A DNA stretch of 64,000 bases from Escherichia coli (GCF_013315695.1 NZ_CP054353.1); one strand, 5' to 3'; counted from the first letter of the stretch, positions 38,672 through 49,283 are shown. Program-made: numbers and translations. Notes: generated by a model not told the origin, from the sequence alone.

Positions 38672-39919
38672 ATGGAAAAGAACTACAGAGTTACAACATT
38701 TGTCATGGATAGTGGCGAGCGCTATTGCATGGTAGTGGATCGTGCTTCTGGGCTTCCCATGTATTACCCCACTCTGTTTCTAACAACTCAAATCCGCAAT
38801 AGAGAGGATGCTTTTTCAACGATGTTGGCGGCGGCTAACAACCTGGTTATGTTGTTACGCTTTGTAGAGAGTCGCGACATTGACCTTGAGCAGCGGTTTT
38901 TGACCAAAGACTTCTTCAAGCCACATGAGCTGGATGATCTGCGAGATTTTGCTCAGTGCAAACAAAGAAAGGGGCCATTAACTGTGTCCTCTACCTCTTG
39001 GTTGGCCGATGCGATGACCGATATCGTTGATAACGGGACACAGCATTCCCGGCTAACAACGTTTGCCAACTATTTACACTGGTATGCGATGCATATCTTA
39101 AAGACGACAGAACTGGAAGTTGTCGAAAAGATCAATGCTATGGCGGCGCAGATAAAGACGCGCCGACCATCTAAAAAGCGCAGAAACCACGACTTACAAG
39201 ACAGGTCATTGAGTGATGTTCAATTGGACGCGCTATTTGAAGTCATCCAGCCTAGATCAGAGTTAAACCCTTTCTCAATAGATGTGCAGCGCCGCAATCG
39301 GCTGATGATCTTACTTCTGTTTTATCTTGGCATCCGAGGTGGTGAATTATTAAATATAAGAATACAGGACATAGATTTTAGCGCTAACAGGATCCGTATC
39401 GTTAGGAGAGCAGATGAACAAGCTGACTCTAGAACCAATGAGCCTAATGCTAAAACTAGAGAACGGCTCTTACCGTTGGCTGAATCCTTAGCTCAAGAAC
39501 TGCATAGTTATATCCTTCAAGATCGCCGGAAAGTCAGAAATGCGAAGAAAAATGACTATCTGTTTGTAACTTACAAGAGTGGACCAACTCTGGGAAATCC
39601 TATCTCCAAAGGGGGATATCATAAAATTTTTTCCGTAGTCAGGTCTATATCACCGCAATTGTATGCAGCGACAGGACATTCGCTCCGCCACACTTGGAAT
39701 CGCAAGTTTTCAGAAAGAATGGATGCCATGAATGAGCAAGTCAGCGAGGAACGCCAAGAGCAACTTCGTTCGTACTTAATGGGCTGGAGAGATGGCTCGG
39801 GAACCGCAGCGACTTACAACAAGCGTTTCATTCGGCAAAAAGGTTTTGAGGCCGCCTTGGCATTACAAGCAGGTAACGGCACTAGCTTGCCAGAGGACTT
39901 CAAGGATGACCATGAATAA
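38672..39919 (+). CDS. tyrosine recombinase 1 of 3 (phage-integrase family)
   Basis: Integrase motifs: box-I Arg region LLFYLGIRGGELLNIRIQDIDF, GHSLRHTW (H-x-x-R) and LMGW...TAATYNKRF (catalytic Tyr). Alternative ATG starts at 38651 and 38657. Confidence 0.8.
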   Translation: MEKNYRVTTFVMDSGERYCMVVDRASGLPMYYPTLFLTTQIRNREDAFSTMLAAANNLVMLLRFVESRDIDLEQRFLTKDFFKPHELDDLRDFAQCKQRKGPLTVSSTSWLADAMTDIVDNGTQHSRLTTFANYLHWYAMHILKTTELEVVEKINAMAAQIKTRRPSKKRRNHDLQDRSLSDVQLDALFEVIQPRSELNPFSIDVQRRNRLMILLLFYLGIRGGELLNIRIQDIDFSANRIRIVRRADEQADSRTNEPNAKTRERLLPLAESLAQELHSYILQDRRKVRNAKKNDYLFVTYKSGPTLGNPISKGGYHKIFSVVRSISPQLYAATGHSLRHTWNRKFSERMDAMNEQVSEERQEQLRSYLMGWRDGSGTAATYNKRFIRQKGFEAALALQAGNGTSLPEDFKDDHE

Positions 39920-41444
39920 CCTCTTACTTGGGTTAGTACCAGAACGAATCCGTGCCAGGGCCAATGGCTACTCTTTTCTGTTGTATGACACATCGTGGAC
40001 ATTGGATAGAAATATCACTATTAATCTTGCTGATATTCACCATTACTTGTCAGATGGGACGCTAGATGGCTGCCTGCGTACACTGGCGTTTTATGCATCC
40101 AATCGTTCTTCTTCTCATACAAAAAATATTCTTGAACGGTTTCAGCACATGCTGCGTGAGACTGACGCGAGAGAAATTACTGATACGGTATTGATTAATT
40201 ATCGGTCGATGCTGTCGCCTGCAACAGAATGGTATCTAGCAACCATCCGTGGCTTTCTTCGATCCTGGCACGAACTGGGCTATCCCGGCATCAGTAAGGA
40301 GGTGAACCGCTTGCTAGATGGCTGGACGCTAAAGGGTAATCGTAAGGGGGATGCGGTTAAGCGCATGGATCCTCAAGAGGGGCCACTGACGGATAATGAG
40401 CTGACAGCGTTTAACGAGGGGGCTGTTCGGGCTTATGAAAAGAGCTTAATTACTATAGCTGAGTTGGCTATAGCACTTGGCACCAGTCATACAGGACGTC
40501 GTCCCATTCAGATCTCGCTGCTTCGTGTGGTCGATGTCCTTTGTGGTAAAAATGGAAAGGGAGAGCCCTTCTATGTGTTGAATGTGCCGCGAGCCAAGCA
40601 GCGCAGCAGCTCTTTCCGAATAAACTTCAAACCATTTGCAATATCACTGGAACTATGGGCAATCCTGAGTGCTCAGGCAAGAAATGCGATTGCGCAGGTT
40701 GAAAATCGTTTGGGGTTTGAATTGCAGGAAGATGACCGGCAGCAAATCCCTCTTTTTCCTGATCTTGATGTGTTAGATGCCGTCCAATCTCCTTATGAAT
40801 TCCGCCAACTGCATGCTACCGACAAACTCCACATTCCCGCCGCAGAGATAACCGACACCCTCCAATACATCGTAGAAAAGTCCGACATCCGGTCGGAACG
40901 TACCGGTGAGCTATTACATATCAATGCTCGTCGTTTTCGTTATACCACAGGCACACGAGCTGCCCGGGAAGGCTTTGGCGAGCTGGTGATTGCGGAACTG
41001 CTTGACCACGCGGACACCCAAAACGCAGGCGTTTACATCAAGAATATCCCCGAGCATGTGAAAAAGCTTGATGAGGCGGTTGGCTTCCAATTAGCACCAT
41101 ACGCTCAGGCCTTTGTCGGGGCACTTGTCGATTCAGAGAGAGACGCGCATCGAGGTAACGACCCTACCAGTCGTATTCGGACCGAAATGGGTCAGGGTGT
41201 TGGTACTTGTGGAGAACATGGCTTTTGTGGTGCCAATGTTCCTATTCCTTGCTACACCTGCATGCATTTCCAGCCTTGGCTGGACGGCCCACATGAAGAT
41301 GTCTATCAAGGACTGCTCAACGAACGTGAACGGGTGAAAGAGATAACTGGCGACATCCAGATTGCTGCCGTACTTGATCGCAGTATTATCGCGCTGGCAG
41401 ATGTGATCATGCGTTGTGCAAAACGTCGTGAAGAGCTTAGTTAA
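39905..41444 (+). CDS. tyrosine recombinase 2 of 3, with C-terminal Cys-rich region
   Basis: Start ATG overlaps the stop of recombinase 1 (translational coupling); ARRFRYTTGTRAA ... LLDHADTQNAGVYIK resembles the R/H-x-x-R ... Y catalytic region; Cys cluster CGEHGFCGANVPIPCYTCMHF. Confidence 0.7.
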
Positions 41445-41460
41445 CAGGGAGCAATAACCA

Positions 41461-43494
41461 ATGGCTGAGATTTTCCTGTTTAAGCCAAAGGCTACGCTGA
41501 CAGCAGCAGAAAACCTTGAAGCATTCATATCCCAGTGCCGAGATCAATTGACTGTATTCGGCTCTGATCTCACTTGGGAAGATCCTGTTTGGCCAAACAT
41601 AACTGTATTTGCCAAGTTGGGCATTATTACGAGAAAACCCATACTGGAAGAGACGCAAGACCCTGCTTTCATTGATTTTGCCAAAGCCTATTTCCGTTAC
41701 CAGCAGGGGCATAGCCTCTCTAGGGCAAAGAATGAAAGTAAAGCCCTCCGTGCGGTTGAGGCGGCTTTGCTTCAAGTAAATGGAAACGCAAATATTGATG
41801 GCCTGTCGATTTCTGTGCTGGATGAAGCAGCTGAATTGGCAAAGCATTACTACTCCGATGGCTCCGCATATCATTGTGGCCGTGAGATTGAGCGGCTGGC
41901 TAAGTTTGTAGCTGAAAACCAGCTTGTATCAAGTGCTGTACAAAATTGGGTCAATCCAATTAAACGTGCAGAGGATAAGAACAAAACGAGCAGAAAGGCG
42001 AAGAAAAATAGGGAAGATAAACTTCCGAGTGATATTGCTCTTAATGCGTTGGCGGAAATTTTTGCCAACGACCCAATTCATGAGCGAGACATATTTACAA
42101 CATCGGTTTTTGCCATGTTGATGTCGGCACCTTCACGTATTACTGAGGTGTTAGCACTGCCTGTGGATTGCGAGGTTTTTGAAACGGATCGTGAAGGGAT
42201 AGAACGATATGGTTGGCGTTTTTTTGCGGGGAAAGGCTATGAGGGTGATATCAAATGGATACCCACCGTGATGGTCGGTATAGCTAAGACAGCCGTAGCT
42301 AGAGCTAGAGTGCTCTCTGAAAATGCACGACAACTGGCCAAGTGGATCGAGAAACACCCGAATAAGTTTTACCGCCATGCTAACTGTCCCAGTGTAGCCG
42401 ATGATGAGCCATTGACGATGAAGCAGGTTTGTATGGCGCTCGGTTTTGCACATTACTCTAAAAAGACGTGCAGGTCGTGTCTTGGTAATCGAGGTTTAGC
42501 TAAAGAGGATGGTGTACATACTCTAAATAGCCTGTGGCAGCACACAATGGCGCGTTTACCGGATGGCTTTCCGTGGTTTGATAAAGACAAGGGAATTAGG
42601 TACAGCAATGCCTTGTTTGTACTGAACGTAAATCAGTTCCACGGGAACAGAGGATGCATACCAGTTGAGTTACATAAGCCAACCAATAATTTCTTCAACA
42701 GTGATCTGACGCCTCGTCTGTCCTTGAAAGGAAAACATGCCAGTATCTTTGATCGCCATGGTTACCATGCTGTAAACGGAGAGCCGGTGAAATTAACCTC
42801 ACATCAGGCTCGACACCTGCTCAACACCATTATCCAGCGCGGTGGCCTGTCAAACTTGGAAATTGCCAAGTGGTCGGGGCGGGCAGATGTGAAACAGAAT
42901 CGAACTTACAACCACATGACTGAATACGAACTGGTTGGCATTGCTGAACGCCTTGATCCCACAACAGCGCTATTTGGGCCTGCTGGCGAGGTGGCAAAGC
43001 ATCTGCCCGTGACTATGCAGGAGTTCAATACCTTAGAGCATGCCGCAGTCCATGTGACGGAGTATGGCTACTGTGTGCATGATTACACCATGAGTCCTTG
43101 TGAGAAATTCCGAGATTGCGTCAATTGTACCGAACAGGTTTGCATCAAAGGCGATGATGCTGAAAAGTTGGATCGCATTAAGATACGTCTGGAGAAATTA
43201 GAGCGACTGTTTTTTCTTGCTGACGCAGCAGTGGAAAGTGGTGAGATAGGAACTGATCGCTGGTATCAGTACCACAAGAAAACTGTTACCCGGCTTCGTG
43301 AACTAGTGGCTATTTTAGAGAATCCAGACATTGAAAATGGTGTCCAGATTAAGCTCCGGGGCAATGATTTCAGCCAGCTTCGCCGTGTTGTCGCAAAGAC
43401 GTCTATTGTGGCCATCGAGCAAAAAGGCAAAGAAAGTGAAGAAGCTGTGATGTTAGATGATTTGACAACTTTGTTAGGAGGTGGCCTTGGCTAA
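41461..43494 (+). CDS. tyrosine recombinase 3 of 3 (677 aa), with C-terminal Cys-rich region
   Basis: LTSHQARHLLNTIIQRGG ... WSGRADVKQNRTYNHMTEYE (H-x-x-R-H ... Y); Cys cluster YGYCVHDYTMSPCEKFRDCVNCTEQVC; begins 16 bp after recombinase 2. Confidence 0.75.
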   Translation: MAEIFLFKPKATLTAAENLEAFISQCRDQLTVFGSDLTWEDPVWPNITVFAKLGIITRKPILEETQDPAFIDFAKAYFRYQQGHSLSRAKNESKALRAVEAALLQVNGNANIDGLSISVLDEAAELAKHYYSDGSAYHCGREIERLAKFVAENQLVSSAVQNWVNPIKRAEDKNKTSRKAKKNREDKLPSDIALNALAEIFANDPIHERDIFTTSVFAMLMSAPSRITEVLALPVDCEVFETDREGIERYGWRFFAGKGYEGDIKWIPTVMVGIAKTAVARARVLSENARQLAKWIEKHPNKFYRHANCPSVADDEPLTMKQVCMALGFAHYSKKTCRSCLGNRGLAKEDGVHTLNSLWQHTMARLPDGFPWFDKDKGIRYSNALFVLNVNQFHGNRGCIPVELHKPTNNFFNSDLTPRLSLKGKHASIFDRHGYHAVNGEPVKLTSHQARHLLNTIIQRGGLSNLEIAKWSGRADVKQNRTYNHMTEYELVGIAERLDPTTALFGPAGEVAKHLPVTMQEFNTLEHAAVHVTEYGYCVHDYTMSPCEKFRDCVNCTEQVCIKGDDAEKLDRIKIRLEKLERLFFLADAAVESGEIGTDRWYQYHKKTVTRLRELVAILENPDIENGVQIKLRGNDFSQLRRVVAKTSIVAIEQKGKESEEAVMLDDLTTLLGGGLG

Positions 43495-43906
43495 GCATCT
43501 GGACAATAGAGACATTAACGCCATCGTAAATCTAATTCGAGGATGGAAGGAACCAAAACTGTCCTGGTCAGCAATTTGTGAGGCGGCAGAACCATTGGTC
43601 GGAAAGTTGCCGTCAAGACAGTCCCTTAATGCACATGAGGCAATAGTGACTGCCTATCAAACAAAGAAAGAGGCGCTTAAAGGCCGTGGCCCCAAAAATC
43701 CGCGTCCAGCTAGTTTGAACATTGCAGCCGCGAGGATTGTGAATCTTGAAAGCGAAATCGAAGAGCTTAAGGAAGAGAACCGGAGGTACAAACAACAGTT
43801 TGTGATCTGGCAATACAATGCATACAAATATGGAATGACAGAACATCAACTTAATGCGCAGCTGACAAAGATTGACCGTGAGCGCTCTGATGGAGAAAGA
43901 AGATAG
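43481..43906 (+). CDS. small recombinase-associated protein (141 aa, predicted coiled coil)
   Basis: ORF start overlaps the recombinase-3 stop by 14 bp; charged, helix-prone sequence (LESEIEELKEENRRYKQQF); placement is like TnpC of Tn554-type elements. Confidence 0.6.
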   Translation: MALAKHLDNRDINAIVNLIRGWKEPKLSWSAICEAAEPLVGKLPSRQSLNAHEAIVTAYQTKKEALKGRGPKNPRPASLNIAAARIVNLESEIEELKEENRRYKQQFVIWQYNAYKYGMTEHQLNAQLTKIDRERSDGERR

Positions 43907-43981
43907 TTGCTGAGTACGATATCGAGGGTACATTTCTCTGTGTAGGGGTAGTTATTTACAAAAAAATAGGAGAATAATTAA

Positions 43982-46900
43982 ATGGTCAAACCAAACTGGG
44001 ATAACTTTAAAGCTAAATTTAGTGAGAATCCTCAAGGTAATTTTGAGTGGTTTTGCTACTTGTTGTTCTGTCAAGAATTCAAAATGCCCGCAGGTATATT
44101 TAGATATAAGAATCAATCTGGTATCGAAACTAATCCAATAACCAAAGATAATGAAATTATCGGTTGGCAATCTAAATTCTATGACACAAAATTGTCGGAT
44201 AACAAAGCTGATCTTATAGAAATGATTGAGAAAAGCAAAAAGGCTTATCCAGGATTAAGTAAAATCATTTTCTATACTAATCAAGAGTGGGGGCAGGGGA
44301 GAAAGTCCCATGAACCTGAAGGCGATAAGAACGCTGATAATTATTTGGAAACTGTCGGAAATAGTAACGATCCCAAAATAAAAATTGAAGTTGATCAGAA
44401 AGCATATGAGTCGGGTATCGAAATAGTATGGAGAGTTGCTAGTTTTTTTGAATCACCGTTTGTAATAGTTGAGAATGAAAAGATTGCTAAACATTTCTTC
44501 TCCCTTAATGAAAGCATCTTTGATTTATTAGAAGAAAAGCGCAAGCACACAGAAAATGTTTTATATGAAATTCAAACCAATATAGAGTTCAAAGACAGAA
44601 GTATTGAAATTGACAGACGACATTGTATAGAACTTCTACATGAGAATCTAGTTCAGAAAAAAATTGTCATCGTCAGCGGAGAAGGTGGGGTTGGAAAAAC
44701 AGCAGTTATCAAAAAAATTTATGAAGCAGAAAAACAATACACTCCTTTCTATGTCTTTAAGGCTAGCGAGTTTAAAAAGGACAGTATTAATGAGCTATTC
44801 GGTGCGCATGGCTTAGACGATTTCTCTAATGCTCATCAAGACGAATTACGTAAAGTCATAGTCGTAGATTCTGCTGAAAAGCTTTTAGAACTGACCAATA
44901 TCGATCCTTTTAAAGAATTCCTGACTGTTTTAATAAAGGATAAATGGCAGGTTGTTTTCACAACCCGTAACAACTACTTGGCAGATCTGAACTATGCTTT
45001 CATAGATATTTATAATATAACTCCTGGAAACTTAGTAATAAAGAACCTTGAACGCGGCGAGCTAATAGAGTTATCTGATAACAATGGATTTAGCCTTCCT
45101 CAAGATGTTCGATTATTAGAACTAATCAAAAATCCATTTTATCTAAGTGAATATTTGAGGTTCTATACCGGTGAAAGCATCGATTATGTGAGCTTCAAAG
45201 AAAAGCTTTGGAATAAGATTATTGTCAAAAATAAACCTTCTCGGGAGCAGTGTTTCTTAGCGACTGCTTTTCAGCGGGCTAGTGAGGGCCAATTTTTTGT
45301 CTCCCCGGCATGTGATACTGGAATTTTAGATGAGTTAGTTAAAGACGGAATTGTCGGCTATGAAGCTGCTGGTTACTTCATTACACATGATATATACGAG
45401 GAATGGGCATTAGAAAAGAAAATTTCTGTCGATTATATCCGTAAAGCGAACAATAACGAGTTCTTCGAAAAAATAGGAGAATCACTTCCTGTTCGCCGTA
45501 GTTTTCGGAATTGGATATCTGAACGATTGCTTTTAGATGACCAGTCCATAAAGCCTTTTATCGCAGAAATAGTCTGTGGAGAAGGAATATCAAATTTTTG
45601 GAAAGACGAGTTATGGGTAGCTGTCCTTCTTTCCGATAATTCAAGCATATTTTTTAATTACTTTAAAAGATATTTACTTAGTAGTGACCAGAATCTATTA
45701 AAAAGACTTACTTTCTTATTGAGGCTTGCTTGCAAGGACGTTGATTACGATCTGCTTAAACAGTTAGGTGTAAGTAATTCAGATCTGCTTTCCATTAAAT
45801 ATGTTCTTACTAAGCCTAAGGGAACTGGTTGGCAGAGTGTGATCCAATTTATCTATGAAAATTTAGATGAAATAGGGATCAGAAATATTAATTTTATACT
45901 TCCTGTGATTCAGGAGTGGAATCAAAGAAACAAAGTGGGTGAAACGACTCGATTATCTAGTTTGATAGCCCTAAAATATTATCAATGGACTGTAGATGAG
46001 GATGTCTATTTATCCGGAAGGGATAATGAGAAAAATATTCTGCATACGATTCTTCATGGGGCGGCCATGATTAAACCTGAAATGGAAGAGGTTTTAGTTA
46101 AGGTTCTTAAAAATAGGTGGAACGAGCACGGTACCCCATATTTCGACCTTATGACCTTAATCCTTACTGACTTAGATTCATATCCGGTTTGGGCATCTCT
46201 CCCGGAATATGTTCTACAATTGGCAGATCTGTTCTGGTATCGGCCACTTAAAGAAACAGGCGAACGTTATCACAGTATGGATATTGAAGATGAGTTCGGT
46301 CTATTTAGGTCTCATCACGACTATTATCCAGAAAGTCCATATCAGACTCCTATATATTGGTTACTACAATCACAGTTCAAAAAAACAATAGACTTTATTC
46401 TTGATTTTACGAACAAGACAACGATATGTTTTGCCCACTCCCATTTTGCTAAAAACGAAATTGAAGAAGTCGATGTCTTTATTGAAGAAGGAAAGTTTAT
46501 AAAGCAATATATATGCAATCGTCTGTGGTGCTCATATCGAGGAACACAGGTCTCTACCTACTTACTTTCATCAATTCATATGGCATTGGAAAAATTTTTT
46601 CTTGAGAATTTTAAAAATGCAGACTCGAAAGTGTTGGAAAGTTGGCTTCTTTTCTTGTTAAGAAATACCAAGTCAGCTTCTATTTCTGCAGTAGTTACGA
46701 GTATTGTACTTGCATTCCCTGAGAAGACATTCAATGTAGCTAAAGTACTATTCCAAACAAAGGATTTCTTCCGTTTTGATATGAATCGAATGGTTCTAGA
46801 CAGAACACATAAAAGTTCATTAATCTCCCTCAGGGATGGCTTTGGCGGTACAGATTACAGAAACTCTTTGCACGAAGAAGATAGAATTAAAGCTTGCGAT

Positions 46901-48745
46901 GATGTGCATAGAAATACTTATCTTGAAAATCTTGCCTTGCATTATCAAATTTTCAGGAGTGAAAATGTAACGGAGAAAGATGTCATTGAAAGGCAACAAG
47001 TGCTCTGGGGTATTTTCGATAAATACTATAATCAGCTTCCAGATGAAGCTCAAGAAACTGAAGCCGATAAGACGTGGAGGCTCTGCTTGGCAAGAATGGA
47101 TCGGCGAAAGATGAAAATAACTACCAAGGAGAAAGATGAAGGGATTGAGATATCATTCAATCCTGAGATTGACCCTAAACTAAAGCAATATAGTGAGGAA
47201 GCAATAAAGAAAAACTCCGAGCATATGAAGTATGTAACGCTGAAACTATGGGCAAGCTATAAAAGAGAAAAGGATGAACGTTATAAGAATTATGGAATGT
47301 ATGAGGACAATCCGCAAATTGCTTTACAAGAGACCAAAGAAATAATAAAAAAGCTTAATGAGGAAGGGGGTGAAGATTTCAGACTATTAAATGGTAATAT
47401 ACCAGCAGACGTTTGTTCTGTATTACTGTTAGATTACTTTAATCAGTTGAATAATGAAGAGAGAGAATATTGTAAAGATATTGTTCTAGCATATTCTCAA
47501 CTTCCGTTGAAGGAAGGCTATAATTATCAGGTACAAGATGGGACAACCTCGGCAATTTCAGCCTTACCCGTGATTTATCATAATTATCCAATGGAAAGGG
47601 AGACTATAAAAACAATATTACTTTTGACACTGTTTAATGACCACTCTATTGGAATGGCAGGTGGGCGCTACTCAGTATTTCCTAGTATGGTGATTCATAA
47701 ATTATGGCTAGACTATTTTGATGATATGCAGTCTCTATTGTTTGGTTTTTTGATTTTAAAGCCAAAGTATGTAATTCTTTCAAGAAAAATCATTCATGAA
47801 AGTTATCGTCAAGTAGACTATGACATTAAAAAAATAAATATTAATAAGGTGTTTTTAAATAACTATAAGCATTGCATATCAAATGTCATCGATAATAAAA
47901 TATCTATAGATGATTTGGGAAGTATAGATATAGTTGATCTACATATTTTGAACACAGCTTTCCAATTAATTCCAGTTGATACTGTTAATATTGAACATAA
48001 GCAATTGGTTTCCTTAATTGTTAAAAGATTTTCTACAAGCCTATTGTCAAGTGTTCGAGAAGATAGAGTTGATTACGCTCTTCGGCAGTCTTTCTTGGAA
48101 AGATTTGCCTACTTTACGCTTCATGCGCCCGTGAGCGATATTCCCGATTATATAAAACCTTTTCTTGATGGTTTCAACGGTTCAGAGCCTATTTCAGAGT
48201 TATTTAAAAAATTTATTCTCGTCGAAGATAGATTAAATACTTACGCCAAATTTTGGAAGGTTTGGGATTTGTTTTTTGATAAAGTGGTTACTTTGTGCAA
48301 GGATGGAGATAGGTATTGGTATGTAGATAAAATTATAAAAAGTTACCTTTTTGCTGAATCTCCATGGAAAGAAAACTCTAATGGTTGGCACACATTTAAA
48401 GATAGCAATAGTCAATTCTTTTGCGATGTATCTAGGACTATGGGCCATTGCCCTTCAACTTTATATTCTCTTGCCAAATCTTTGAATAACATTGCCAGTT
48501 GCTATCTTAATCAAGGTATAACCTGGCTTTCAGAAATGTTGTCGGTTAATAAAAAGCTATGGGAAAAGAAATTGGAAAATGATACTGTTTATTTTTTAGA
48601 ATGTTTGGTTAGGCGGTATATTAACACTGAGCGTGAGCGAATTAGACGAACCAAACAGTTGAAAGAAGAGGTCTTAGTAATATTGGATTTTTTGGTAGAG
48701 AAAGGATCTGTTGTTGGTTATATGTCACGGGAAAATATTCTGTGA
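43982..48745 (+). CDS. large STAND-type P-loop NTPase with N-terminal Mrr/PD-(D/E)xK-like domain; candidate Avs-like antiviral sensor
   Basis: 1587-aa ORF, about one third GC. Walker A IVIVSGEGGVGKTAV; Walker B VIVVDSAEKL; sensor-1-like VVFTTRN; N-terminus FEWFCYLLF...SGIETN...IIGWQSKFY...KIIFYTNQEW resembles Mrr catalytic-domain motifs; long C-terminal region of more than 1000 aa. RBS-like GGAG upstream. Confidence 0.75.
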   Translation: MVKPNWDNFKAKFSENPQGNFEWFCYLLFCQEFKMPAGIFRYKNQSGIETNPITKDNEIIGWQSKFYDTKLSDNKADLIEMIEKSKKAYPGLSKIIFYTNQEWGQGRKSHEPEGDKNADNYLETVGNSNDPKIKIEVDQKAYESGIEIVWRVASFFESPFVIVENEKIAKHFFSLNESIFDLLEEKRKHTENVLYEIQTNIEFKDRSIEIDRRHCIELLHENLVQKKIVIVSGEGGVGKTAVIKKIYEAEKQYTPFYVFKASEFKKDSINELFGAHGLDDFSNAHQDELRKVIVVDSAEKLLELTNIDPFKEFLTVLIKDKWQVVFTTRNNYLADLNYAFIDIYNITPGNLVIKNLERGELIELSDNNGFSLPQDVRLLELIKNPFYLSEYLRFYTGESIDYVSFKEKLWNKIIVKNKPSREQCFLATAFQRASEGQFFVSPACDTGILDELVKDGIVGYEAAGYFITHDIYEEWALEKKISVDYIRKANNNEFFEKIGESLPVRRSFRNWISERLLLDDQSIKPFIAEIVCGEGISNFWKDELWVAVLLSDNSSIFFNYFKRYLLSSDQNLLKRLTFLLRLACKDVDYDLLKQLGVSNSDLLSIKYVLTKPKGTGWQSVIQFIYENLDEIGIRNINFILPVIQEWNQRNKVGETTRLSSLIALKYYQWTVDEDVYLSGRDNEKNILHTILHGAAMIKPEMEEVLVKVLKNRWNEHGTPYFDLMTLILTDLDSYPVWASLPEYVLQLADLFWYRPLKETGERYHSMDIEDEFGLFRSHHDYYPESPYQTPIYWLLQSQFKKTIDFILDFTNKTTICFAHSHFAKNEIEEVDVFIEEGKFIKQYICNRLWCSYRGTQVSTYLLSSIHMALEKFFLENFKNADSKVLESWLLFLLRNTKSASISAVVTSIVLAFPEKTFNVAKVLFQTKDFFRFDMNRMVLDRTHKSSLISLRDGFGGTDYRNSLHEEDRIKACDDVHRNTYLENLALHYQIFRSENVTEKDVIERQQVLWGIFDKYYNQLPDEAQETEADKTWRLCLARMDRRKMKITTKEKDEGIEISFNPEIDPKLKQYSEEAIKKNSEHMKYVTLKLWASYKREKDERYKNYGMYEDNPQIALQETKEIIKKLNEEGGEDFRLLNGNIPADVCSVLLLDYFNQLNNEEREYCKDIVLAYSQLPLKEGYNYQVQDGTTSAISALPVIYHNYPMERETIKTILLLTLFNDHSIGMAGGRYSVFPSMVIHKLWLDYFDDMQSLLFGFLILKPKYVILSRKIIHESYRQVDYDIKKININKVFLNNYKHCISNVIDNKISIDDLGSIDIVDLHILNTAFQLIPVDTVNIEHKQLVSLIVKRFSTSLLSSVREDRVDYALRQSFLERFAYFTLHAPVSDIPDYIKPFLDGFNGSEPISELFKKFILVEDRLNTYAKFWKVWDLFFDKVVTLCKDGDRYWYVDKIIKSYLFAESPWKENSNGWHTFKDSNSQFFCDVSRTMGHCPSTLYSLAKSLNNIASCYLNQGITWLSEMLSVNKKLWEKKLENDTVYFLECLVRRYINTERERIRRTKQLKEEVLVILDFLVEKGSVVGYMSRENIL

Positions 48746-48840
48746 TGTAGTTGAAAATAATAATTTTAATGAGAGCTTTTCCAATTTAGGCTCCAGGGAT
48801 TGGAGCCTTTTTATTATCGAAAAGATTAATATCTTATAAG

Positions 48841-49059
48841 TCAATCAGTAAAACGCAGCAAAGCTCGTTGCTCTTGAATGTTCACTCCGTGATAAATTCT
48901 TTGATTACCACATAAATAACAAGAACAAGCACAAGGGGTGCAGTAAATTTTCCCTACAACTTTTTCAGTTTTAGCCAACGCAATTCGATATGTTTTTCTC
49001 TTAGATTTTAACCGAGATATATGATGACGACGCCATGCCCGATTTCTAACCATTTCCAT
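48841..49059 (-). CDS. small basic Cys-rich ORF (72 aa), possible zinc-ribbon protein or gene remnant
   Basis: ORF with RRHHISRLKSKRK and C-x-x-C-x-C...C; lies between the convergent NTPase gene and the 273-aa gene; coding status uncertain. Confidence 0.25.
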   Translation of the reverse strand: MEMVRNRAWRRHHISRLKSKRKTYRIALAKTEKVVGKIYCTPCACSCYLCGNQRIYHGVNIQEQRALLRFTD

Positions 49060-49283
49060 TCACTCCAATTTTCTACCGCGGTGTTATACCGCGCCCGTAT
49101 CAATCTTTGGAGTTCGATATCGATCTGACCTTTCATGAATACCTCGGAATTTATCAATAAAGTGAGTGCTATATCATAGCTTATGGGATGAAAGTTTGAT
49201 ATTTAGCACTTTTCAGCTTTAGGTAAAGCTGTCCTCAATAAAGCTAATTTCTTGTTTATTAATGGAATTTCTATGTGGAAGTG

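Noticed and set aside
39792-39904. Upstream extension of recombinase 2 (track ORF starts at 39792)
   Set aside because: The extension overlaps recombinase 1 in another frame; the ATG at 39905, overlapping the recombinase-1 stop, is the more plausible coupled start.
45433-48448. Short minus-strand ORFs (60-77 aa) inside the large NTPase gene
   Set aside because: Embedded in AT-rich coding sequence where stop-free antisense stretches are expected by chance.
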